NCBI GenBank assembly: GCA_013265495.1
Contig: MU058213.1
Location: forward strand, 7,270,066 to 7,334,065
Direction of reading: 5' to 3'
DNA length: 64,000 bases
Source: Vicugna vicugna
Taxonomy: Eukaryota
A program made the translations under genes and the position numbers. Positions 12,370-24,530 of the stretch are shown here, in pieces; position 1 is the stretch's first letter; the number at the start of each line of letters is the position of its first letter. Below the pieces are notes generated by a model that saw only the letters and a program-made list of their open reading frames with translations, made no database searches and was not told where the DNA came from.

Positions 12370-12380
12370 AAAATGGGTCA
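12370..12380 (+). promoter_or_regulatory. Consensus ROR/REV-ERB response element (RORE) motif
   Basis: AAAATGGGTCA matches WAWNTRGGTCA. Motif match only. Confidence 0.35.
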
Positions 12381-15300
12381 TTTGAGAAGGTGTTTAAGAA
12401 CCCACAAGAAGACTGGAATCAGCATTTCAAAGCCTTCAAGAACTGGAGAGTTCGCAGTTTAGGCCTCAGAGCAAAGCAGATACTAAAATGTTTCCTCCCA
12501 TCTCATTTTCCATCATTATTTTTAAAAGGTCATAAATCTGTCTTGGCTGAGCATTGTAGCTTGGCTGGCGGAGAAAAATATGCTCCAGAAAATCAAGACT
12601 TCTCAGGAAAATGATTCCATTCAAAACACTAATAAGTTACATATGACGGTAAGAATTCCTTACTCATCCTTTTTTAATTAACATAGTCGCCATGTGTTAA
12701 AAATTAGCCCATTTGTTGTACGATCAAAACCTTTCAGCCATAAAGTTAATATCCTATCTGAATTTAAGAATGATGAATCCTGACAAACAGGACAGGTAGC
12801 TTCTGAGTTCTTGAACATTGGAAATTGATTTCTCGGTACAGCGTGCGTGTGTTTCTAACCAAATGATTACTTAAAGGTGCCTCATGCTGGAGGAAGAACC
12901 AAATAATTAGGGTATATTACACCAAAGCTCTCAAATATGACAAAACACATTTCTAAGCAAACAAATATACTGAGCAGAGTTAGAAAGAGCATAATTAAGC
13001 ATTAAAAATAACCTAAGGAATAGAATAATTAGGCAAAACAAAGTACTTGGACAACTATTAACTATAATTTATATGTGAAATAAAGAACCAACAGTGAGCT
13101 GTCTGTATAGGACGGCACCGTTCACCAGTTTACCTGGAATGCTGCATTACACTCAATTTATTTTTCATGGTTTTTATGACTGGATATCATGTCAGATTAT
13201 CTACTAAGACACACACACACACAAATGCAAGTGCCCCAGTGCATTTCATTTTCATACAGCCCCTACTAGCGTCATGCCTCACACAAAGCAATGGCTTGTC
13301 CAAGGAATGTATTGCACAAAGTAAATAACACACATACACACAGAGCCCACTCTTTCTTCCAGCAGAATCTCATATCCTGGGCTCACTTCCACAACCACTT
13401 ACTCTGGATTTGATGCAATGTTGTATTGAACGCTTTGAAAGAGCACATGTTAAATTTCTGGATTTAACCTCACTGTAAACCATGAGGACCTGCTAACTTC
13501 CCATCAAGGGGACCACTGCAAGGACTGCAGTGACCTTCACGGAGGGCAGGCCATTCCAGAAGGAGAATCCTTTCCTATCAACCACTTTTAGTGTTGCCAT
13601 ACTGAGTCTGATTGCCCAAAGTCACAGACTGCTCAAAGTCTTACATCCAATCAACGTGCCATAATCCTGAAGCCTTCCGATACCCCCACATCAGTGTCTT
13701 TGCTCACTGCCTAATATGTCTATTCTGCCTTATGCAACTTATCATGTTATAAGATCACATTGAACAAAAGTGATCATCTCCAAGTCTGCTTCCTCATCTT
13801 GGAGTCTAGCTTGATTTCTTCGGGGAAACTTCTTTATGACATCTGAACCCTAATCATGTTTCACACTTCTGCCCTTCCCATATTTTTAGTATACAGTCAA
13901 GACAAAGTTTTGTGCCACCGATCGCCTGCAACTCGATAGAGGGACGGCTATGCTCAGTATTTTTTTAGAGACTCACTAAAGCCAAGTGGTAGGAGAGAAA
14001 TGCTGCAAGATGTTACCAGCTGAAAGTTATTGCCTGGATATTCCCATATGAGTTAACTAGTCTGTAATCAGAACCAGCCTCACCCACCCCAAGCCCTAAG
14101 GAATCGATTAATCAGGTAACATGAAGTACTTGGACCATCTATTACACGTAATTTGTACGAGAAATAAAGAAGACGGACACTCAACTTCTTCTGCTTATGT
14201 CTCACCTCAAGCTGTGATCACAGACATTAGACAGACAAACCTCATTGGGACGTTAGTTGAAGTCGGCATCAAAACTCTGAGATATTAAAGCAACACAAGC
14301 ACTAAGCCCAGGTCTTTCGAGAGGTATCTTCATCCCATCTTAACATAGGGAGGCCAAGCACATGTATTAAGGCCCTTATAAGATAGGAAAGCCCTGTGCC
14401 AGATACGGGACACCGAGTAAACCTGTCCCTGGATCAAATGGAAAATGATGTATTGCGGTTCATTCTGTCTGGACTCTTAGTGGATTACCCATGAGAAGTG
14501 ACACGATGATGTTTAAGGCAGTGACCAAAATCACTCCTGTAATCTTGCAAGTGATCCGGAGGTCTCATGTGGAGGAGTCTGCTCATGACGGGGGAGGCCC
14601 CTGGACTGCCATCCTGGCCCAGTAGGTCCCACCCTCCCAGTGGCTCACAGCCTGGTTGGGGAGAGGGTGTGAGCGGGGGTGGGTGTAGTGGGAAAGTCAC
14701 TGTAGTGCAAAGCCAGAGTTTGGTGCCATTGCTGCACAGGACGGCTGGCCTGAGTCAGGCCCCCCAACTTCTGGCTATCAGCCTTGCTTCAGCTCCCAGG
14801 GTCGTTCAGATGTGCAGGGAACTCAAGCTGAGACATATTTTACAAGACTTCTGGGGGCCAAGATGCTTGGTATGAATGGACTTACTGTAGAGTGAGTGTC
14901 CTGTATTTTCAAGCTAAGGGCTGTTTGCCGAGAACATCCCCCATCTCCTCTCCACTGTGCTTGGCTCCAGTGGGCAATGTTGGCCGAAGATCCTGAATTA
15001 GTTAGAATCAGTTTCCTTAGGAACCTCATGGTGAGCTGATGGGAGGGTTCTCCAGAGCCAGTTTCAGATACTGACTGGTCAGATTAAACCATCCCACTAG
15101 CCTACTCCCAGGGTGGCTCTCTTATCTCAGAAGACAATTTCAGTTTCAAGTGCTCTTTAGGAAATGACTAAAATCCACCTGCTCCAAAAGGCAAATTCTC
15201 TGAACGCGATCTGATCACGTGTTGATCTTTCCAGAAAGCAAACATTTGCAGATTGGAGCAGAATACTTCCTCTGTCTTCCATATAATCCAACAACACACA

Positions 15301-16150
15301 AAAGCCACCTCCATCCACCTTTTAGCCAATTTACAGAATTCAAGTATATCCAGGAGAGAAAAAAAAATGTAGTCACTGCCTTACAAATTTTTCAAAACGT
15401 AAGCAGTTTCGTGCCATAAATTTGAGTTTTCAGACCTGTAAGAGAGAAACGACTAAAATCTCCTTGCCCTTTGCCTTCTGTCCCTCAGGCTTTTCCATTT
15501 TCCAACAGGCAATGTTGTGTCTTTTCAAAATAATCTTCTTTTAACACAAATCACGACTCTCGGCCCACATATATACTGCACACATTAACTCAGCCAGTAT
15601 TTCAAAGGATGAAATCTGTCAGACACCACTACTGTCACAAGAGTATTGATTAAATTAGTCCCCATCCATATTCATTGCAGCAAAGAGGTTTATTGTGTAT
15701 AGGATATCTGAAGCAAGATGCACACACATGATCATGAATTGGCTTAACAATGAACAATCTCGCTATGAAAAAGTCTAATTTGCCCACATTTTCAGCTCTG
15801 TTGCCTAAATAATTTGCTCTCTCATGCACCCGAAATAATTCAGGCAGGCTCTCCACACCTGCCCAGGCAGATTCCTGCAGTTTCAAGGAGCGGACGACAC
15901 ACGGCAACGGGGCGGCAGGAAGCCCTGGAATGCAGGCGTGCTGATTGGCTACAGGGTCCCTGGGCTGGGCTGCCGCTTAGTGCTGCGCCTCTGTAGGAAA
16001 GTTTGCTTTTTCTTTTAATTACACTAAAAATCAACAAGACATGGGCATTCTCAACACTTCATTTGTTCCTCAGGACCTATTTCTGGAGATACCTTGGTCC
16101 AGAGAAAAATGCCCATTCTCCAAAGAATTAAAAAATACAACGGTGTAGTG

Positions 16151-16293
16151 GGGAGGGGAGGGTACAGCTCAGTGGTAGAGCACGTGCTTACCACGCACGA
16201 GGTCCTGGGTTCAATCCCCGGCACCTCCATTAAAAGAAAAACAAAACAAAAAAACACCTAAAATTGCCTCCTCCCCCCCAAAGAAAACAACCA
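16151..16293 (+). mobile_element. Vic-1-type camelid tRNA-derived SINE
   Basis: ggggagggtacagctcagtggtagagcacgtgctt...gtcctgggttcaatccccggcacctcc, then A-rich/C-rich/A tail; degenerate TSD aaaaatacaacggtgtagtg / aaaaatataatcgtgtaagtg. Confidence 0.9.
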
Positions 16294-16379
16294 AAAAAAT
16301 ATAATCGTGTAAGTGTTGGACCCCTCACTTCATTCTGTGAGCGAACAGTGATCTCTCGATGACAATCTAAATGGGTTGA

Positions 16380-16570
16380 TAATAATCAATAATATCTAAC
16401 AAGTATTTGGGCTTCTAATGTGTCAGGCATGATTGTACTTACTACTTCCAAAACCCTACGAAGTAGATTATTATCCTCATTAACATGGTCTGCATTTTTT
16501 GAGATGAGAAAACTGAAGCTCAAAAAGGCTAAATAACTTTCCCAAAGACAGAGAACTAGGAAGACGTAAG
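16380..16570 (-). mobile_element. MIR SINE
   Basis: aaaccctacgaagtagattattatcc...gagatgagaaaactgaagctcaaaaaggctaaataactttcccaaag. Confidence 0.7.
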
Positions 16571-19568
16571 CCTACCGTCTGGACACACTGGACACATTTC
16601 ATCTTTTCTTTAACTCAGAGGCCCCCCTTTCTCATCACACTGCACAGCCGAAGCTAAATCGCTCCAATAACAAACTTCAGGAACACACTGCTCTTGGTAG
16701 GAAACCATTAACCGAGGATCAAAAGACGTTTCATAAGGAATTTGGTTAAACTTAATGCTACTCAGAACTGATGGTGAGATGTGTTTCGGGGAGTTACCTG
16801 ACTCGTTTATAACTGGAAATAATCATCAGCCTTCTAAGAGCATTCTTTTTCATTTTATAAAATTCCAAGTAGGGTTTTTGACCTTAGGGTGACCAATAAC
16901 AATGTTTACCAATTTTAAGGCTGGGAAAATTACTCGACCTACCTCTCCGAGTCTCGGTTTCATATCTGAAGAGTCCATGACCTGATGTATAAATGCCACA
17001 GCACATACGATCATTTTATGTATGTCTTCTCTGTACATGCACATCACACAACTCAGAAACAGCTGGCACTCAAAACTTAGTTATTATTATTGTTATTGTT
17101 GATAAGAAATCCTGCCTTATAGCGAAATGAAATTCTTTTCTCCAGACTTTAAGCTCTTTCCAAAGTGGGGATAGAGAAAAGCTGCTTATCCTCCGAATAA
17201 TATGACAGGCAGTTCATACCAGCTACCACAGCAATCCTTTACAACGCTGGCACTCAACTGTTTGCTACAACACAGCAGGATGTTGCAATCAGTGTGGGAT
17301 GTGTCTCAAGGAATTTGTTACTAATAATAGTAAAAACAAATTTAAAGTTTTTTATTGCTTTATATAAAAAATAAACTAATATGGATCTAAGCTTACCCCA
17401 ACAATATCTTTCACTCAGGCTCCACTGCACAAATATATACTTTCTTGAGTTTAACTGAACAGGGCGGGGTTATAGCTGACTTGCCAGGAAATGGCCGAAC
17501 CCTGGGTACACCCATGACAGTATGTCACACTCACGAATGCCAAGCAATTTTGTGTGTGTTGCAAAAACTGTCAAGAACTGCTGCTTGAAAAAAACAACTA
17601 TCTCGACCCCAGTCTGTGGATGGTGTTTTTCCTGGAGGGCTGAGAATACGGAGGACTTTTCACCTGCTACGTTACAGATTTCTCTAATGTTTGAATTTTT
17701 TTTTACAACCAGCATGTATGACTTTTGTAAGCAGAAAAACCAATAAAGATTAAAAAGAAAAACCCTAAGGCATTTGATTTTATTTTCAGTAAAATGGCTT
17801 GAGTCCTTTATGGATTAGTCACTCTATTTTATCCCCTGTTTAAAACTGCTGGGGTATTAAAGGCTTCTGCAGCGGCCTGGACGGCAGGCTGGCCTGCAGG
17901 TCAAGGTTGGTGAAGAGAAGGAGTCTTCACCTGGTTCCCTGGAGGGACTTTGGTGACTTGTGGCTTCTAGAATTTGATGGCCCCTTGGGGTCTGGCCACC
18001 TCTAGTTCCAGGGGAAGGACCCTGCCCAGTGGAGCCCAGCCGAGGGGCCAAAAGTCGAGGCTGAGATTCACCTGCCTGTGAGCCCTGCGGCAGAGTGGCC
18101 GTGGCAGCCTGGAGTAAGGGAGCCCTTCTCTCTCTCTACGCTCTCCCTGCTGCTGCGGGAGGCCCCAGGCCACCCACCGTAAGGGTCTGCAGAGAGCTCT
18201 CACTGCACCTCCATGGTGGGAGGGGAACAGACTGTGGGCTGTGATCAGTTTGGCACACTCTGTCCTTCTGGGCCAGAGACCTGGAAGTACACAGCATGGC
18301 TGTGTTTCACAGCCCAGGCATGTTCAATAGTCCTCCTGGGTGGGGAGGGCCGAGTTCCAGCTGCGTCCTGTGCAAACTGATAATCCACGTGTTCTGCCAT
18401 TCTGTCTGCTGAATTTAGACTACATATAATACTGGTATGTTTCCCTGGCAGAGGCTTTTCTTCTACCGATTTTGGGTTCCTCCATAACAGTCCTTGAGCC
18501 TGGCTGAACGTCGCCAAAGCAATTAGCCCTCTAATTGGAAAAGCCCTGCCCCTTTGGTAGAGCAGTCTTGGGGTCATTTCTGGCAACACGAATAACGCCT
18601 GATATGTGCAGAGTTCTGTAACAGGTTTTAGAGGTTTTGTCCTCATAAGCTTGTTTTGACTTCAGTGTTCACAACAACTCGGAAGTAGGCAGCCCCATTC
18701 TACAGAGGTGGCAAATGAACCTCAGGAGGGTTAAATGGCTTCTTCTCTAGCTCTAGATTTCCCAGGGTTTAATTGCAGAGGCAGACACACACACACACAC
18801 GACAGACTTGGTGTCTCTTTGCTGCTCAGGATTATTTGATGCCTTTAGATTTACGTTATCATCAATCTGGGGCTCTCAAGGGGAAATGTCACGAGAAAGT
18901 AAGGGCAGGAGGCTGATTTAGCTAAGAAGAGGAGCTGGCAATCCTTCTGCATTTCCCTCTGACTCTCGACTCCCTGGGTGGCCTCAAGCAAGTCCCTGAC
19001 ACCTCCACTTCCTCCATGTATAAAATGGGAACAACTCCTACCTCCCAGGCAAGCGATGGTAAATGAATGCTCGCAGGGCTCTTTGAAGATGAAAAGACCT
19101 TGTGTAAATGGGAAGCTTCAGGAAGCTTGGTATATCATTCTTGGCAAGGACCAGGACGCTGCGCCCTCACTACCCACAACAGGTTCTGCCGCAAAGAGAA
19201 GAAAGAAAAATCCACAGAACTGTAATTTTCGTCTGCTAACTAGACTTACTTAAAGGTTCTCTTTTTAATTGCTGGTTTCCAAAATGCCTTCCTGAGGGAC
19301 TGATGGGTCCAGATGTTACTATCTCAGTCTCAGCTGGAGAGAAAAAGCACGGAGATGGAGAAGTCACCTCTCTATAACAGCTGTCACATGCACAGTCACT
19401 GAACTAAACCTTCCCCAGGGCTCGGGCAGTCCTGCCGAGGCATCGCATCACGGACGTGGCACAATTCCCACTTGTTATGCGCAATACACATCCGTATTGC
19501 CCTCTGACATCCTCAGCCTTGGTATTAAGTTGATGTTTGACTCAAGGATCCCGTCAAATTACAGCCAC

Positions 19569-19607
<39 letters not shown>

Positions 19608-19614
19608 GGGTCCT

Positions 19615-19759
19615 TGGAGCCAGGGTAGAGCTCAGTGGTACAGCACATGCTTGGCATGCAAGAGGTCTTGGGTTCAATTCCCCAGAACCTGCATTATTAA
19701 ACAAACAAACCAACCAACTCTAATGACGTCCCTCTCCAAAAAATAAAAATAATAATTTT
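19615..19759 (+). mobile_element. Vic-1-type SINE (diverged), directly after a poly(A) run
   Basis: agggtagagctcagtggtacagcacatgcttggcatgcaagaggtcttgggttcaattcccc; approximate TSD aaaaaa(cg)ggtcct at 19601-19614 and 19760-19771. Confidence 0.85.
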
Positions 19760-20732
19760 AAAAAAGGTCCTGCACCTTACTCTGCCTCCCCACCCCCACC
19801 GAAGTCCTGAACCTCATGTACTGTCCTAAAGCCACTTCTTAAAAGCTTTATTGTGACAATGGTTTCTGCTGAAAAGGTAACAGCTTTTTAAAAGCCATTT
19901 TTAAAAAAAATAAAAAGTGTTGCATATACTTGTCAGATACATACACATAAACACACCTCAAACTGTCAAGAGATCAAGCATTTGCAATCTAAACCTACAA
20001 CGTGACAAAACTGGAGTTTTGAAACTTTGACTGTTTCCTTCCGTCTTCATACATGTTAAGACTTAGGCGCGTAAGCGTTGAAACGCTGGGCCAGGAGGCC
20101 CCACGTGAATTCGCAGCAGGCCGAGCTGTGTGTGCAGGAGATCTGTGCAGAGCGAGGAAGACAGGCGCGCGCTCTCCTGTGGCTCTCCGTGACGGTGCAG
20201 GTAGCCCTGACAATGGGAACGGAACCTTAATCCTTTGTAACACGCTTCTATCCCTCCTAGATTAAGCTTTCCAGAGAAACTGACTCGCATTCCCTGATGC
20301 ATAGGTATTTTTGTTAGAAGTCAAATCCAAACGAGTGCTTTTGTCCCTAGATGAGGACGTTCTGTCAAATCAGAGAGGAAACAGATTTCTCATAGAGAGG
20401 AGCAGTGGATGGCTTTGATTTTTAGATGCAGTTCTCTCCAGAACTCTCCTACTACACAGTAATGCACAGAAGACCTCGATTTAAGGGCAATGGATTCTTT
20501 CTCTCTCTAACCACCTGGTGACCAACTAAACCTTGAATACAAGAATTAAACAGCAAGAGAAGCTGCTCCCACTTTACCTATCCAGTAGGTCGAATACTGA
20601 ATAAATTCTCACCCAACAAAAGATGATGCCATTAAGATCAGCATATAAATACTTCTCTTTTTCTTTCTTTTTTTGGTCTTTCCTAATCTAATTGTGCTAT
20701 CACTTTTGGGAACAACAGAATAGCTTTGTTGC

Positions 20733-20884
20733 TTTATTTTTTTTTAAACTAAAAAATTTTTAAATTATTTTTAGGGGGGTGTAGTTAGGTTTATTTACTT
20801 ATTTTTTAAATGGAGCTACTGGGGATTGAACCCAGGACCCCCTGTATGCTAAGCAGGCACTCTACCCCGGAGCTATGACTTTCC
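20733..20884 (-). mobile_element. Vic-1-type SINE
   Basis: ttaggtttatttacttattttttaaatggagctactggggattgaacccaggacc...tatgctaagcaggcactctacc..gagctat. Confidence 0.85.
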
Positions 20885-21557
20885 ACTTGTACTTGTTATC
20901 GAGGATTTGTGGGGCTATGTGAAATCAGGGACTAAGCCAAAGGTAACTGGCCATTCAGCCAATTATTCTTGGTTGGGATAAAGATTCTAGAATTAACTAC
21001 GTGTTTTTCAATATATAGTTCTTGGAGATTTTCTAGGACCTTGAGACCAGAAATGTCTCATCAAAATCCTTCTCTTGAATCTCTCAGAGTGGGCTGTTAA
21101 CTGTTGTTCCACATCAGCAGGAAAAAGTACTCACTTTAATTTACTAAGTGGTTAGACTATGATCAAGGGAATTTCCTAAAAACTTCTTTTCCAACAATAG
21201 GTATGTGTCCCTTATATAATTCTGGATAATACTAGACCCTAAAAAAAGTCATCTGACCCACAGAACTGCAGCTAATCTTTTCTAGCGATCAGCCAAACTC
21301 TAGACACCAATTCCTTTTTTCCCCTTAACAAGAGCAATTGTGCCACATTTAGGTTATGTCTTCCTTTGCTCGCAGTTGAGAGCAATGGGGTCAGCTCTTT
21401 GCTCTCATCATTCAAAGTCTGTTTTTCACAACAACAGAAAAGAACAGCTCTAAAACCAAACCAAAACTGGAGATCTTATCTAGTTTCTGCTTTGCCAAAA
21501 ACATCAGAATTACTCTTACTGCCTTCTATGAAATAACCTTACATTACACCATCACCT

Positions 21558-21625
21558 CAAAATTCTCACATCTAAGACCAAGAGATAAGCACTCCAAAAT
21601 TCTCACACCTTAGACCAAGAGATAA
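21558..21625. repeat. 37-bp-period tandem duplication (about 2 copies)
   Basis: caaaattctcacatctaagaccaagagataagcactc / caaaattctcacaccttagaccaagagataa. Confidence 0.9.
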
Positions 21626-22034
21626 CCTCACACCTGCCTATGCATATCTCAAGCCACTGCCACCTATGACCCTGGTATTTCAATTTGTAAGATTTTATGT
21701 TTTTTAAGGGAATGTTGCAAAAGTAAACAAACCTGGTGATTCAGTTACAAGTCCAAAGACAGGAAAAATCCATTGACACAGAAATGGGTCTTATAACAAG
21801 TAGGATATGGGTTTAAATCTATTTGTTTTCTGGCTTCTTATGAGTCTGGTTCATGGTATGCTTAGCAGATAACATCACAGTTCACTGACTAAATCAGTCA
21901 AAACATTCTGTCGGCCTCAGAATTCTCTTTAAAGGGCCAAAGTCTCCTGCCTAAAAGGTCGCCAACTGATTGCTAATTCCAGCTGCACAATTTTTATGAC
22001 TCCTTAACGTACCACCACCTGCTGAAGATGTGCC

Positions 22035-22045
22035 AAAGTAGGTCA
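22035..22045 (+). promoter_or_regulatory. Consensus RORE motif
   Basis: AAAGTAGGTCA matches WAWNTRGGTCA. Motif match only. Confidence 0.35.
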
Positions 22046-23928
22046 AAATAACAGGAATCCAGGTTAAGTCATCCTACCTCACAAGGCAAAGGTTCTTTCC
22101 ATTAGCTTAGCTTTTTTTTTTCTTCAAAGATCAGTTACTATTCATTGAATATTAGACCATGTCATTTAAGAAATTTTCCCTAACCAAATTGTTTGGAGTC
22201 ATGGCAAAAAAATTGGAAATAACTTGTAACTTTAAACCCTGAAAATACTTTGGCTTTCCTCTAAATTAAGCCATAGAGGACTAAGATGACAGCATGTCCA
22301 CAGCCACAGGAACAGGCTGGTGACACCAAACATTTCTTGGTGCACAGATCATTTTGGTGGGTGAGGCTGGTTAAGAGGATTATCCCACAGTCCAGATCCC
22401 CACTCCACCTCTGCCCTGTTTCCCACTCCACAAAGTCTCCCTGGAATTAACAAGGACAACGGAGTTCTGGGCAAGAGACCAGGGAAGGGTCTGCTTTTCA
22501 TTAAAAATCACAAACAAATTATTTAGACTTACCAGAAGCAGAAATGGAGATGTCAGATTAATCATTTTAAGGCTATAAGATTTTGAGGGATTAGTGACCA
22601 ACTCCTAGAAGAAAAATCCTACTGGGTTCTCCACCGCCAATTCCCAGGACATAGCCCAGGACATCCAGACAACACATACGGCAAGTTCTAACCCTTCAGA
22701 TTCATCACAGATGTATTTCCGGACTGCAGGTCAATGGTAATTTTTTAAAAATTCTCTTTGATAACGCTTTTCTAAGACAATCAGTTCAGCCAGACATAGG
22801 AATGACCAGACAAATGACTGGAATGGTTTTTCCTGCCTCCCTATCTAAACGCATGTTTTTAAAACTTGTTTAGTATAGAACTGTTTCCATTCTTAGTTAT
22901 AATATATAACGTCAGCTAGAGAATGGACAACAACATGGGCTGATAGCTGAAGCACAGCTGTCTTCTCTGTTCCCCAGGGGGAAAAGCAGGAGCTGGTAGC
23001 TATTTCTTCGTTGGACAGGGAAATATAGAAAAAGGCAGCAGAGCCTTGGGGTTATTAAGTAGTTGTGAGACATGAGGAGAAGGAGTGCTCTGGACCAAGC
23101 TTTGAGACCGTCAGATTTATTTTAAGAAGGTCTGACATCTAAGCATCAATTCACAGACTAAAACACCTAATAAATGTCATTTTTTTCCCCCAGCAAAAGA
23201 AAATGTATATCTTGAGGGTTTACCTTGAAGCTCTCTATTTTTATGTAAGTCATGCTCTGGGGTGAGGTCAGAACTCCAGAGCCATGAAAAGACAGCAAAA
23301 TAAGGTTCACGACACTGTCCCTCCTATTCCATTTTCAGTTTCTGCTCCTATAATCCAAGGAGCCTCTTTCGCCTGCAAACATTTCAGATGACATCCCACG
23401 GCTGCCCTGCACATCCTCCTCTCTGCTAGCCAGCGTTTGGCAATGTGTGTCTCTGTCACCGAGGAGAGCTTGAGCGAGTGCGACACTACCGTTGGGATAA
23501 GTGACTCTTTCTAATTTGCAGTAAAAGCGCACCATTCACACACTTTGGTACTCGGGGAGGGTAGGGTTTTGAAATCCACTTCACAAGTGATGGCAGCGCG
23601 ATTCACATCAGGTGGAAACACACACTCTGACTGCTAACAGCTGCTACAGGCACAGCTTTCTGTCATGGCTGGAGCTCAGAAGAGTAGGTCCTTTCTAATG
23701 TCCATGGCTGCTACCATCTTACATCATTGCATGCACACACACACACACGTTCCACACGCTCACACACAGATCTCTTCAGCTATAAGTCCTACCACCACTT
23801 GCTGGGAACCTGCATGACTAGGCACTAAGGATGCAAAGACGGTATACGGAACCCACTAGCCCGCTTCGTCTTGTTACCTTAGCTTCACTGTATGTGAACT
23901 AAGGATGACAGACGACACTCTTCTAACA

Positions 23929-24290
23929 GGAGATGAGGGACTGCCAAGTTGGTGGAGCCGAAGGACGCGGTGCTCGCCCTCTCCCATGAATATGACAAAA
24001 ACTACGTCTACACACAGAACAGTTCGCACATAGTATCTACTGAACTTTGGCCGAATGTCTCTTACTATTGGAACTACAAGATATGCAACAAGTTTCTACT
24101 GTCTAGCACAGGGAACTATATTCAGTATCTTGTAGTAATTTATGATGAAGAAGAATATGAAAACAAATATATGTATGTTTATGTACAGACTGAAACATCA
24201 GGCTGTACCCCAGAAATTGATACAGCATGGTAAACCGATGGCACTTTCATAAAAAATAAGATAAAAATAAAAAGAGAAGAAAGAAAAGAA
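23929..24290 (+). mobile_element. L1 5'-UTR start joined to an L1 3' UTR and A tail (internally deleted L1)
   Basis: gagggactgccaagttggtggagccgaaggacgcggtgctcgccctctcccatgaata...tactgaac resembles an L1 5' terminus. From about 24078, agatatgcaacaagtttctactgtctagcacagggaactatattcagtatcttgtagtaa... matches the other L1 3' ends in this window. Confidence 0.7.
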
Positions 24291-24319
24291 CAACTTTGAA
24301 GGTAAAGTGGAGAGGCTCC

Positions 24320-24530
24320 CTTTGCAAGCTCTAGAGGCTGGGGTTGAATCCCTGGCCTGCCACTTGCTAGCCGTGTGAACCAGGGCAGCTTTCCTAATCT
24401 CTTCGCACCTTATTTTCCTCGCCTTTAAAATGATCCCTACCTCCTCACAATAGAGTAACCAAGTGCCTGTAGAATCTGTGCCTAGCATGTAGTACGTGCT
24501 CAGTAAACGTTAGCATCATCATCATCATCA
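24320..24530 (+). mobile_element. MIR SINE
   Basis: gggttgaatccctggcctgccacttgctagccgtgtgaaccagggcag...gtgcctagcatgtagtacgtgctcagtaaacgttagc. Confidence 0.8.
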
